Below, in pieces: positions 27,346 to 39,248 of a DNA stretch of 64,000 nt (position 1 is the stretch's first letter; every line of letters begins with the position of its first letter). The stretch spans positions 30,318,001 to 30,382,000 of the forward strand of contig OZ260666.1 of assembly GCA_965285935.1 (NCBI GenBank). Reading direction: 5' to 3'. The stretch comes from Ophelia neglecta (taxonomy: Eukaryota). The notes under the pieces were generated by a model. That model saw only the letters and a list, made by a program, of their open reading frames with translations, was not told where the DNA came from and did no database searches. A program made the position numbers and the translations under genes.

Positions 27346-28383
27346 GATTAGCGACACCGGATGGGACAACACATGTAAAGCTGGTTTATAAAATGCCCTT
27401 CCGGGTTTTCAAATATCCAGTCAAATGTCCAGTTATAATCCAAATGCAATGTCAGGCTTTGGAGCCTTCAGAGAAGCGCCTTGCCTGCCAGGCCTTGGTC
27501 ACTGATGCTTAGCTCTCTGCTGACAATACAGTCGACCTGAATACACACTCGGGTCGTGATGTGTGATATGTTGTGTATTAATAATTTAGTTGTGTTGTGT
27601 GCATAATTTAATTTAGCCACGAGCTTGCAGCCAGCCTGACCTGTCACTAAGCCATTGTATACAGACAGTGTTTGACCAATGGTAGTTTTCAGCTTCGATG
27701 GCTATAGTCTCCTAGGTTTTATCAAATATGATGTGGTATTCAGCTTTACTCCAGTTAGATTCTACCTGTGTGAACCTGGGTTTTTAGATTATATCCAAGC
27801 CATAGTATAAAAGGTATAAGTGTGTCAGTTTTATATAGCACCTGGCTATTGCATTCACAGTCTTCATAAGAATAAATTATAATCAATCTTTTGGTAAATG
27901 TCTCTGGTTTAAAGCATGACAAAGGCCCTGTTTTAGATATTATGTAATTCCATATGCTACTAACACTGTATTCAGGAGCTCACAAATTTGATGTAACAGC
28001 AACTCTGATAACATATTATATTAAAACGATTATATCAGTAATAGTTTGTAGGGTTTTTAGACTTAAATATTAGCTATTCACTATTGATTAGTGCAATTGA
28101 TAGCTTTCGGTATAAATAAATTTGCACTGGTTATTAAATATTTGTGGATATTTTGATAAATTTGCTGAACATGCAATTGTACTACTATATAGCATGTACT
28201 TTAAAATCAATCATGAAAGACTAGGTCACTAAATATTGATGTGATATTTGGCTGTGGTCATTGTGTCAGTGTCAAACAGATATATTAATGTATGTTTGCA
28301 TTGTGAACCCTGCATGAGCATACCTCTCATCAGGTTATGGTTGGATGTGTAAAGTATAAACATGCCGGCATATGTATTCTTAC

Positions 28384-29030
28384 CTGTGCAGCGAGTCATC
28401 CTCTTCAGGGGTGATTTTTATATCCGGAATGGATTGTAATTTGGACGGTGATATCAACAGTGGGATTTGTGAACCCTCACTTTCTGACAGTTGCGGAAGA
28501 TCTGTGTTCCAGTGTAGAGCTCTTGGGGGCTGATACAGCCCTGTGTTAGGTGGCAGGCCTATGTCTGGTAGAACCTGCTGGCCATATCCTCCCATAGCTT
28601 CTTGAGGGGTACCTCCCCGGTTATGATTGCTGTCCCGTTCTCCCTCGCCTTCTTGGCCAATTGCTTGTACATTATTCTTATTTTCTAAGTCTTTCCTATG
28701 AAGCTTTTCATTCATACTGCTTGGCGTTGAATTCAACCATGTTGCTGGAGCTAGTGAACTCCTGCGCTTTTTGGCTGACGCCACTCCTGGGCGCGTGTTT
28801 TGTAAGCCTGATATACTTTTTTGAATTTGCTTCTGTCCAGTGTTATCCGTGCTAGAACGACGAGATCTGGGCCCCGTCATAGGATAGGCGTTCCTACGAA
28901 ACTGGGCCCGTAGCTGTGGATCGTATATTGGCATTAGGCTCCGAGTATACAAGTACAACTGCTTAATAAATGCTAAAATAGCAACCAATGGTGTAAGTAG
29001 CAAGCCTCCAGCCTTACTTTCTATTCCCAT
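28384..29030 (-). CDS. Antisense 215-codon exon in SNRNP70 intron 1; predicted long alternative Shaker N-terminus
   Basis: A 216-aa ATG ORF in AT-rich intron whose stop lies inside the near-consensus donor CAG|GTAAGA. 647 nt = phase 2, matching the Shaker acceptor at 24180 and giving ...DDSLHR-SFPKL (700 aa). Confidence 0.72.
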
Positions 29031-32000
29031 CTACCAAAGTTTTTAATACTGATAGGGAGCGATCCTTACATAAAACACTTCTATGTTCAGTATGTTGCGA
29101 AGTCATTTTGTCAGTGGTTTCTTCTCAGCAGCTCTAGTAGATATGAGGGTGGGCTGAAGCTGGGTGCTATTCTGCCCACCTAGGTGTATGTATGCTATCA
29201 CCAGTTCACCTGGCAGTCGGCTCTCTGACGGGCCAGGGAGGATGTAGCCTCAGTGGGCCGCCAAGGCAGACCATGTTTACTGTAGAGATTTCGCACTGGG
29301 CCAGCCCCTGCTATAGAGATCAAGGCGTCCTCAGTCTTGGAAACTTTGCCTATCAGTAAAGTCTGATCTATAATTGGCACTTGATTCTCACAGAAAATCG
29401 CTTTGGATAATGTTTTCGCCTTTTTGCTGCTCAGCTCTGTGCAATGATGCCTTGAGTTTATCAAGTGGTGAAATGTTTAGAACTTGGTCCCAAACTTGGC
29501 ACATGTATTGAAAGTGTTTTCTGCCGAGTTCACCCAATTTCTTAAGACTATTGGCACCCCAGTCTGATGCCTGCCAGTACCACGCTTGAAGCTGGCTGAT
29601 TGTCCATGGATAAGACTGGGAGCTCAGATTGCTATTTAATTTCTGGTAATGGGGCCCAGTTGTGGTAATCCTCTCTATATATTTGTTTGTGGCCCTGGTT
29701 CCAACTGCAAAACAGATGTTTCCTATTATTTCAGGAATATCATAAACCTGAGCAGAGTCAGTAATTAAAAGAAAGTCCTCTTTTATAGGTGTTCACTCCA
29801 GGTAGTTTACTTCTAGCCTTGCCATGCTAGACAGCTGTATTGTTTTGTATGCCATACAAATAATGGATACATGTACAGCACATGTCAAAGTAATTTATAA
29901 TCACTATATATAATAAATATACAGAACAGCTTGTGATGTGGAAGTCTGCTGCTGCCTCTGCCATTCACTCATGAATTCCCAGCATGCAATAAAGTAAGTT
30001 GTTACCAGACTTGTGTATCTATATTCATAAATCTAGCAAAGATGTATCCACTATATCATGGATATCACTGCCACTGTTGGGACACAGTGTAGTGCGTAAA
30101 TTCCACATTTCTTCAAAGCTACATCAGACATCTAGAGTATTGCCCAAGCTTCACAAGCTGCTTGTGCATAAAATTGTGATGATTGTTTTTCACAGATATC
30201 CTTTATATGTTTGTAGAAAGAATCTATTCCGTAACAGAAAAATGCAAGTTTACGCATACAGTCGTCCTTTCCACTTATTAATGATGGCGCATTTAAATGA
30301 AGTTATCAGAAGCCTTTGACAGTGCACTTGTTATCCGGGAGAGATAGTTCTGTAGCTGTGAGATTATCAGTGTGCCTGCTGTCAATAGAGAAGCAGTTAT
30401 GCCAACAGCAATATGGGACATAAATGTATTCTTAGTCTTTTTTTTTCTGCCGAGGTATTTGTAATATTCCTCACCGCGTTATGAGAGATTAGACACAGTT
30501 ACCAATAGTTTCCAGTTCAGACCCCACAGAAACTAAAAACTCACAGTGGAGAGTCAAATTCTCATATTTTTTTGATGTATTGATTTTGAATTAATATTTC
30601 CAGCATCAGAATGAGAGTCAATTATGCCTTGTGATTAATGGTAGGCAAATTGATTGTATCATGTAGGTCCATGGTACCATTATCAAGTATGTACAGTAAT
30701 TGCAGCTATTTTATGTGTACACATGACACACATGTAATGTATTAAAAGCTAAACTCTCCACTCTGATGTGTGGGTGAAATGAGATTGTGATGAGTCTGTG
30801 TCTATACTTTCCATGTTAATCCCATGCTAATGACTTCCTCTGCAATATGGTCATGTCTTTACCATATTTATGGCGTTCAAACAAAAAATCCAAATTTATC
30901 CTTGTGTTTTATGCTGGCAGAGTACTGGTTGCCATCTATTGTGTTACTAACACATGTATATTTTCCACTGAATTAGCTAGCTGCTTCCTGTGGTAGGAGT
31001 ATTAAGGAACTCATCATCATCTTCATTGCAAAATTGCCAGTTGAGGCCTCCCACCATACTCATGGTACTAGGGCAATTGTGTGGGTACAGAACAAAGTCA
31101 CAAGTGAAGGCAATTTACTTAAAGTAATTGCAGCTTTTCCTCAGAGTCCTTGATTAGTTTGAGCTGGCACCTGTTACCAACCAGAGTAGCTTTCTCTTGA
31201 CAAGTTATAAGTGGTCTCCATTGGGCTGTGTGTACAATGTACCTGCCCCGAGTCTCCTCCTGCAGGTAATATTGGATATAGATTGACCAAAGTGTAGTAC
31301 ATGTTTCCATAAATGTGGCTTCTCACTGTATATCCAAAGAGCGACAGCTCTCGGTAGAAAATGTAGTTTTAATATCTTGCTAGTCATCCAAGTGTTGGTT
31401 CGTCTGCCTTTTCCATTAGGCCATGAATGGGAATATGTTTGTAGCTAAAAGTTTTCAGAATAAAGAAATGGATGGAATGCCTTGAGACAGCTGTTGCTGG
31501 CTGAAGCGTGCTATGTAGGTACTCCCCCCTCCGGAGTCCTACACCCCTCTGTATAATAACTAGGAGCAAGGTTGGCTGGTATATTCAGCGTGTTTCAAAG
31601 CTGTGGAGAAAATGTCCACCCACAATGCTGGAACGTTTTCAAGAATCCAAATGGATGGCCATTAACACGCTGCTGACAGGGTTGACAAAACGCGAGTGAG
31701 ATATACAGAAGGTGTACACCCCCTCTCTTCTTTAAACATCATTTGGCGGCAGATCCTCAGCGAGAGCCATTAGACGGCTCACCGGAGAACAAATTAGCCT
31801 CCCAAGTCTCTCCTCCTCGCTACTCACCTTGCAGTCCCTACCCTGTACAGGCTGCGGCAGCCACTGCTCAGGAAACGCAGATGATTCCTTGATTCGCTCC
31901 CGGATCTGATTTGGCTGTATCGTCACACCTTGCCTTCCTGTTGATGTGAGCAATTATTTGTTGGAGAAAAATGTTTTTTCTTCTGACTTTGTGCTTCTTC

Positions 32001-33630
32001 TGTAAATTGCCTATACATGTATATGTATACATATTCAAGGAACTCAAATTGCTCTGTCAAAGGCACTTGAATGTGTGTGAATCATGGTATAAAATGTGGA
32101 CACATTTCTAGATAAAACTCAGAAGGTGAAATTGCCCTGTAATGTATTGTCTGCCAGACGGAGGCAGAGAACCGCTACATGTGTGTCTGGTGCTGTGAAA
32201 TTCAGCATACTGTGGAGATATATAAACAAGTTGACTTGTTTGTTCCAGGCAGTGTTAGGTTTAGGCTCCACCAGTCTGCCAATTAGGCTATGTAATAGAT
32301 TCATTACATCCTTGTTACATGAGCCTCTGCTGTCATCTTGAATTATTGCCTTTCATCACAGCTCTCTCCTGAGTCTCAAGTCTAGCAGGGACAGATTAAA
32401 AGCTTTTATTTGGCTTCATTGTATGCTCACTTTGAGAACGCCCAAGTGCAAATGAGAAAATATGTTACCCTTTTATGATTGGGTTCTATTTTCTATTGTC
32501 TAATGTAATACAATGTGTTGGCAGCTGTTTATAATATTATTGTAAAAGCACATACCGACATGTACAACTTACATTTATAATAATTTCTCTGGTTATCATA
32601 ACATACTACAATAATTATTGAATAATATAATGTATGCATTTACACTAGAAAAATAAAACAAGATATTACAAACTATATTCCACATTATAAAAAAAATCTA
32701 GAACATTGGCAAGCTTCTATTATTTCTACAAAACAGCTTAAATTGGAGAGTTGAGTGTCAGGAGCTAGGATTTATCAAACCTTAGGTGTGGCGTATTCCA
32801 GAAACCTTCTAACTGAAGTTATTAGTTAAAATGCTGTCATTATGATTGAGCAAATGGTGATCAAACATTGCAGCCTAGCTTTGTGAAGCCCTTAGTTTTC
32901 CTTTGCTGGTAATCAGGTGAAATCAGGCCAGAATATTATGGTAGATACAGCTATATGTATCTTCATGTACATCAATTCCATTACACCCAATTGCCTTAAA
33001 TAAATATTAAATAACTAGCTCTGCTCAGCTTCCTCTGAGGGATGAACCATGAGGGGGGGGGGGGGGATGGACTGACCTCAAAACTTAATGGGTGTGTGCT
33101 GCCAGAAGTTTCAAACTGTTACTATAGTACCCTTATTAATGCAGATTTTATGGCAGACATTTTCAAAAATTGGCAACATAGCCATTCATGCTGGCAGATG
33201 AATCGGTATTCAATCATCTGTCACTAGGGTTCACTATATTCGCAATTAATATCTTATTTGCTGTATAAATCAAAATTTCAGCAATATTTAGTAACAAGGT
33301 TAAGTTGAAAATATCAAAATTTCCAGATATTTTGGGGAAAAAACCGCCCTTAGCTTGATGAAAACAGACTCTGTATTCTCAAATCAACAACACTTTCTGG
33401 CAGTAAATATTTAGTATGGAGGGAAATGGAGGTGCCCCCTTCCTGTGCCTGGTGATTGACATGAAAAAACTGCTTTGCTGAAATTATGACATACAGATCT
33501 AGAGCACTTGTTTATGTTTTATTTTTCCCTGTTCATTGGCTCTCTGAGATATATATATTTCATGTGCATTAGCATCTGTTGTGTAGACTGAATAAACAAG
33601 TTAACTGAGGGCAAAATATGATCTTTTCAG

Positions 33631-33693
33631 GACCCAAAGGACACTCCCCCACCAACCCGTGTAGAAACCAAAGATGAACGCAAGGAAAGAAAG
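33631..33693 (+). CDS. SNRNP70: U1-70K coding exon 2 (DPKDTPPPTRVETKDERKERK)
   Basis: TTTTCAG| acceptor, 63 nt, AAG|GTAGGT donor. Continues the conserved U1-70K sequence. Confidence 0.95.
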
Positions 33694-36180
33694 GTAGGTT
33701 GTATTTCTGTATACAATGAGTAATGAAGTTTGTGAGTACAGAAAAAATGTAAGATCGCAGTCACATGATGATTTGTGCTTTCTGGAAAAGCTATCAGATA
33801 TCACATATATACTGCCTCTGATAGAACTACATAATCTAACTTTAAGATACATTTCTCATTCGAATTTGTTAGTAAACTTGGTTATTCAATACTCAGTGAA
33901 ATATTTTTATTCATCATATTGCCATAGACATTTCATATTAAACTCTTGACGATTTATTACTGTCTTGATTAGGTGATAAACAAAGTTTGTTACCAGTTAA
34001 ACAATGAATGTGTGGAGTAGAGGATGCTTTCCTTCTCTTCAGCCGCACCAGGTCTAATTTATGACCAGTATTGAGTACCCTTCTGATGTTGTTGGCCACA
34101 TTACTGCGCGATATTGAACCTGGTTGAAGGGCACACATGGGGCGCCCTGCATAATAGGTATCACTTGTGTCGCGTCTGTGGCGTGTTTTTTACTTTTTAT
34201 TGTGCTCTCCAATTTTTCGAGCTAATGTACAGCCCGTATCTATGGCCAAGTTGACTTTTGGTAATCATCGTTCCTGGAAGTTCATATATATCAATGCAAA
34301 TAATTATCATTTTAATTGTTTAATTGTTTTGTTTTAATAAACCAGAAAGCTTCTTGGGTCCTGTTCTCGAAAAAAATTTGGTCTGGAGATTCTGGGTTCA
34401 ATAATAGGCATGGTCATATACTTCTGTACATGTACCTATTGTCCTAGACAAGTAATTTAGAGATCAGGACAGGAAGAATAAGTATAGGACTGGTCCGTAT
34501 GACAAGTAGAATTTTTGGGACAATACAGCACAAATTCTTGATAAAATGCTTTTTAAGTAGTAAGTGGAGTGGACATGTTAGACTTCATAACAAAGGTTTT
34601 TTTTTGTTATTACGTTTGGTTACTATAAGGACTAAATAAGGACGAGATAAATTGGAAAGCTATTTTCAATATTATTTTAGCTAAGGCCACACATAAATCA
34701 AATGTTTCTGAGGCTTCAGCTCACCTCCTCTGCACCTGTCTCATCACTTTTTTTATCATTTTTTATCTTTAAGTGAAATATTTACATTGACTGTTGAAAT
34801 ATTACAACCTTTCATTTTGTTTTTAGGTCAGCCAATTGCTAACTTAGAAATGCCATTGGAACATCATTTTGTTATTAAAGTTTAATTCTACCTCTTTAAT
34901 AAATTGGCCCCTTAATCTATGAAGATGACTGTTCACTTGAGCTTCTATAGATGGCAACTAAATTCACAACAGAAATTTTTTATTTGTTTATTATGGAAAA
35001 GGGAATGTTTGTATATACTACAATGACTTTTTGTCAGCTGATTTGTTCACGATACCTCTGTGGTCTTGTTTACCAAATGCATCAAGTTGTTTTTAAGTAG
35101 ATTGGTTGATTTGTTTAAAGAAAAACCTGGTGGTTTTTTTTGAGAACTGCAGGTTTTTATGACTCCAAAATGTGCTGTGTACAAGTCCTAGTTTCCTTTC
35201 AGACACAACCTCGTTGCTTGCTCAGGCAGTGTGTGAATGTTATTGTTGGCCAGTGTTGTCTTGGAGCTTGGAAGCATTCATGCAGGGCTAGCTTGTAGCG
35301 AGAGATGAGAGGCTAAGCTAACATTTCAACACTCCTAGTGATATTTTGACGGTATACCCATCTGATTCTAATAGGGTGGAGAAACAGTGTTAAGAGGCCA
35401 CCTAGTGAATATTGGGGACACCAGAACTTTCTGTCAGCAGAGTAGTAGCTTAGCCAGCCTAGGAACTGTCATGATGACTGGGTTCAACTGGGAGTAGTAA
35501 AGTAAACTGTCTGCTAGCTCCAGTTAAGTTTGCAAGACACAAATACATCTTAATAGTAATTTAAAAACTTCCAATTGTGTATTGATTTTATACTAATGAA
35601 TGTGTAAGCCTACATGTAAACACAAAAAAATGCCATATATTCATGAAGAACCTGTAACAAAATCACTTTTGTTATGGATTCATAGAGGAGTTCAATCTGG
35701 TAGATGAGTTGAATCTAAAATATCAAGCTTCTCATTTGAATTTATCCTGGCTGTTTAGGCCATACAACAGTAATCAAACGTTTTCAGATGCCCCCCCCCC
35801 CCCCCCCCACCCTTTCAACATGCTGTCTTAGTATATTTATTTGTCCTTTTTTTTCTGCAGTATGTTCCTGCATAGCTTAATTTACACTGACCCAACAGAT
35901 CTTTAAGGGGAAATATATGCTGAGAAAGTCTTTCAGATCTTTGGTAAAAAATGCAAATCTTGCTTATGCCAAAATGTGCTGAGAAGTCAAAAGAGAGACC
36001 TGTGGTATTATTATCAATTATGCTTAGGACATATTTTGGAAATTTAATGAAACGTGCTGCGTTATTTTACAAAATAGAAATTGTCCAAGCCAATAGCATG
36101 TTCCAGTGTAGCATATTATATTATATATTACCCCGTAGGTGGTGGGGAATAAAGAGCTTGGGCTAACAGGTATTTCCTCC

Positions 36181-36503
36181 AACCCCACAGCATTATCTGG
36201 GGATAGCAGCAATTTTCTCCAACCCTCATTGTTCTCTGGGGCTAGCACCCATTTCCTCCACCCCCACAGCATTCCCGGCTGCTAGCAGCCATGTCCTCCA
36301 CCCCCACAGCATTCCCGGCTGCTAGCAGTCATGTCCTCCACCCCCACAGAATTCCCGGCTGCTAGCAGCCATGTCCTTCACCCCCACAGCAGTCCCGGCT
36401 GCTGGCAGCCATGTGCTCCAGCCCCACAGCATTCCCGGCTGCTAGCAGCCATGTCCTCCACCCCCACAGCATTCCCGGCTGCTAGCAGCCATGTCCTCCA
36501 CCC
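36181..36503. repeat. 40-bp minisatellite, ~6 near-perfect plus ~2 degenerate copies
   Basis: Unit CCCCCACAGCATTCCCGGCTGCTAGCAGCCATGTCCTCCA, containing the palindrome GGCTGCTAGCAGCC. Confidence 0.92.
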
Positions 36504-38703
36504 CTTCTGTGTGGTCTGTGGCAGGTAAAGGTTACCTAGCATCATGCAGAAATGCATATCAGGATGTTGCCATACAGAGACAAACAAGTCCAAAGTATGC
36601 AAATCCCACCGGACATGAAACATAATATTTGCAGATTGGCTGTGCTTCCAAAACGAACAAATCAAAGAATTTGCCGGTGGTTTGAGAAAGGTAGCTAGTC
36701 TGTATGGTGCCATGCAGAACCCTCAGTGGGCCCTGATCAGCTGAATATTGAGCAGCATCAATCCAGTTAGTCCTCTGACCTTGCAGTGGAAGGTTTGACC
36801 TATGAATACCCCACTCGCCCTTGTGACGTAGGCACCGAGGCCATGCCTGTAAGCCGTTGTCAACTCGCCTGTAGTATGCTTTACCTATTTTCCAATTTCC
36901 TCCATGTAGGTCATATATTTGGTTCAGACAGCTGTGTGATCTAAAAAGATTGATGTGATTGGTTCAGCCCCACTGACCCAGAAGCTGAGTGAACTACAGC
37001 TGTAGAGCTGTGTCGCACCCCTCATTTTGGATGGAGGCAAAGTCACATGTAATTTACGGCCATTAGCCACCCATTAAAATTCAGGTCACCAGTGATTAAT
37101 TGAATTATTGTCACAGTTTAGCTAAATCAAATGGTAACATGAAACCACTGAAATTGGTTATAAAACTCTTTTTGTTTGATTAGCTGACAACAGTAAGTGT
37201 GTACTGTAGAAGAATTTTTTTGGGCAGGGATTTAATTTTACGATTGCAGGAGTTACATGTGGCAAAAATTAACTCCTTCCTCCAAGTCCAGACCACTAAA
37301 AAATCTTGCAAACATGCTTTGAGTTTACATATAAAAATGATATGAAACAATTAAATTATGTACAATTCTCTTCTTTTTTTGCACAGTATAAAAGAGGTCA
37401 GCTTTTACAACCGAAATTGTGATATTGGTTTCTCAGCATTTCTCTGTTTAATTTGATTGAGAATGTGGAGCAAATTGAGCATGGAGCCAACACAGTGTGG
37501 CATCCTGAAAGATAACTTGTTTCTAAACTAATTTCAAATAGAACAACATTAGCACCACTCAGGTTTCTCTTTTTTCGACAAATTCTATCTGTGCTAGAAA
37601 TTGATAGAAAGATCCCCAGAGGTGACATCTTTGCATTGCTGATGCAACTTTTCTTTTATGGGATGACTTGGGACTTGATTAATTTCATCTTTTCCAGGGT
37701 GTTGTTTGCCAGAGTGATTTTGTAATGAGGAATCGGGGCTTCTTTAAATATTGTGCAATGGAAATCAGACTACATTGGTCTTGATTTCCTTTTCTGACGC
37801 AGAACAGGTCCTGTAGAAGCATGAGGCTTAATTCTGCCTGAGCATTATCTGGATGAAAATATCAATAGTCTGGATAAATGTTTTAAAGAACAATTTATTC
37901 CATAGAAAGCTTTTCTTATTTGGTTTTTGTTCATAAAAAAATAAAATACTAAGGTATTTCCTAAAGCACACAGTCTAGGCGTTAGTGGGTATAGAAATTG
38001 TATTTCTTTGCAAATTTCGAGCTTCATTGTACAAGGGGAAAAATCAGGTAAAAGATTTTAATGGAGTTTCTGTGCTGTGTAGATGCAGACACACAACCCA
38101 GTGGATCAGCCACTAGTGATTTTATATTGATTTGAGCTTTACCCAGAAGTGTTTGTTGATGGTAGAATGAGATTCTAAAGTTTACACAGTGCAGTCATAA
38201 TAAGTAGATGATAGTTCCATTGCTATTGAATGTCCTTATTAAAATTCATAGTTTGTTGTTAAGTCTTTTGCCTTAGCCTAAGGAAAGTAGCAAAGAAATA
38301 ATAATGTATGTTGAAGAGCGCATTGTCAATAGATTTCCCATTGTATTTATTTGCGAAAAGTACTTTCAGGAAATTCTGGGGACAAAATACTAAATGTTAG
38401 CAGCATAAACTATTGTTAATTTAAAACTGCATACATGTACGTGTACATTTATATAAAAGTTATATAGTACTTGTAATAAATGATCTTAAAAGCACTTGGA
38501 ATTCTAAAAATGCTCTAGATTATGAAATTGCTTAAATGTGGCAAATGTAAATTTCAACTAAAGATTGGTGTCTGTGCTCGATAAATACAGATGGGTTTTG
38601 ATTCATGATATGAATGCATTGAAAATAACCCGTGCGCTTGTCCATCTGTTAGGTATCTGTGTCAGTGACCGCCATGCAGTGTAGAGTATGTATTTTGTCT
38701 TAC

Positions 38704-38810
38704 TTGTTGCTATGAGAAGCAGCTGGGCGGTAGCCACCCCCTCCACCAGGGCGCTGGCCCTGTATATTAAAGAACTTGAGCAGATCAGTGAACTTCTTGT
38801 TCTGGGCCAT
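38704..38810 (-). CDS. Predicted alternative Shaker first coding exon in SNRNP70 intron 2 (MAQNKKFTDLLKFFNIQGQRPGGGGGYRPAASHSNK)
   Basis: Optimal Kozak CACCATGG, 107 nt (phase 2) to donor CAA|GTAAGA. Upstream acceptor CTTATTTTTGTAG|G defines an exon starting at 38939. GC-rich island in AT-rich intron. Confidence 0.62.
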
Positions 38811-38998
38811 GGTGATGACTCTGAGGACGACGCGTGTCAGGTCCTGGGCTATCGTGTTGGTGTTGGTTGGCACCAGCCGGTCATGGAGCAGTCCTGGCTG
38901 GAGTCACCACCCTACTCTCGGACTGCCGAAAGCCATCGCCTACAAAAATAAGTATTAAGGAATTGTCATTTCCTAAGTATATTTGAAAGAATACAGGT

Positions 38999-39248
38999 CA
39001 GGGGTCTACACTAACTTCTCTCAGCACTTGCCCAGGGGGTAAGTAGCACCAGGAAACTACTTGCCCGCATCATAGGCTTACTGTCCCAAAAATATTCGTA
39101 CATATAGAATATACAAGATATCCAACAATCGGTGATTTGGGGAATTTTAGCAGGTTGCCCGGCGGGAAGTTAGTAAATAAAACCTTTCTGCCCGCAAGCA
39201 GATTTGAGGTGCCCCGGGACGTCAGGCAATAGTTAGTGTAGACTCCTG
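38999..39248. mobile_element. 250-bp MITE with 17-bp TIRs
   Basis: CAGGGGTCTACACTAAC ... GTTAGTGTAGACTCCTG (1 mismatch), with CAGGT directly repeated on both flanks. Confidence 0.75.

Noticed and set aside
33938-34138. 66-aa antisense ORF MCALQPGS... near SNRNP70 exon 2
   Set aside because: Its donor-like sites are phase 0 or 1, incompatible with the Shaker acceptor, and there is no recognisable homology.
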